DNA of 64,000 nt from Actinomycetes bacterium. Lineage in GTDB: Bacteria > Actinomycetota > Acidimicrobiia > Acidimicrobiales > RAAP-2. Made by a program: the position numbers and the translations under genes. Below the pieces are notes generated by a model, which saw nothing but the letters and a program-made list of their open reading frames with translations, was not told the origin of the DNA and did not search any database. Shown here in pieces: positions 63,791-64,000 of this stretch (positions are counted from its first letter, which is position 1; every line of letters starts with the position of its first letter). The DNA lies in the NCBI GenBank assembly GCA_037142475.1, contig JBAXAR010000001.1:4059-68058 (forward strand). The letters are read 5' to 3'.

Positions 63791-64000
63791 ATGATCGATC
63801 CCGGTAGCGTGGTGACTGTGAAGACCGACGCCACCCCAGAGGAGCGCGCCGATCTCGCTGCCGCCATCACCGAACGCCTTCGCTCCGTGATGGACCCTGA
63901 GCTCGGAGCTGACATTGTCACGCTCGGGATGCTCAATGAGGTTCTCGTCGATGACGACGGTGCGGCTGTCGTCACGGTGGCGCTGACAACACCGTCATGT
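63791..64000 (+). CDS. 5' part of Mrp/ApbC-type Fe-S cluster carrier (N-terminal DUF59/MIP18 domain), truncated by the window end
   Basis: Open frame from ATG 63791: MIDPGSVVTVKTDATPEERADLAAAITERLRSVMDPELGADIVTLGMLNEVLVDDDGAAVVTVALTTPSC. The DPEL..DIV.LGM...V and LTTP.CP pattern is typical of DUF59. Confidence 0.6.
   Translation, partial: MIDPGSVVTVKTDATPEERADLAAAITERLRSVMDPELGADIVTLGMLNEVLVDDDGAAVVTVALTTPSC

Overview
This is a high-GC, actinobacterial-type chromosomal core segment, possibly Acidimicrobiia-like (low confidence on lineage). I call about 65 protein genes, two tRNA-Thr genes, one SAM riboswitch, a CIRCE operator, a Zur-box-like palindrome and three strong terminator hairpins. 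I saw no rRNA, CRISPR array, transposase, integrase or prophage signature.

Gene order from 9 to 31 kb mirrors, from my memory of it, the Mycobacterium tuberculosis Rv3579c-Rv3626c region: rlmB-ispF-ispD-carD, disA-radA, clpC, then lysS-coaX-panC-folK-folB-folP-folE-hpt/tilS. Here that stretch forms one 16-gene minus-strand block headed by DUF2237-sigH-rsrA.

Other blocks, in order:
- hemQ-larE
- groEL with CIRCE
- gpgS
- mscL
- a CYP142-like P450 plus an SDR
- znuABC and zur
- pgeF-murL-murD2
- holB-tmk-topA
- an APC permease plus two trkA genes
- a sigB-like sigma factor
- nadE divergent from glnII-glnA-glnR
- an erpA-led Fe-S operon divergent from mrp/apbC

The most interesting items:
1. 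A SAM riboswitch controls a ThrC-like enzyme and a GG-terminated MoaD-like carrier (MetM/MetO-type methionine route).
2. A Cys-less dual-specificity-phosphatase-fold protein is translationally coupled inside folE-folP-X-folB-folK.
3. A translationally coupled pgeF / PP-loop MurL-like / MurD2-like trio sits behind zur.
4. An erpA / [2Fe-2S]-plus-half-size degenerate XDH-like fusion / ridA / membrane-protein operon.
5. An APC permease is fused to an OB-fold, next to the trkA pair.

Start codons were re-placed by eye using SD motifs, stop/start overlaps and family N-termini, so they are less certain than the stops. Many long ORFs in the supplied track are antisense or shadow ORFs typical of high-GC DNA.
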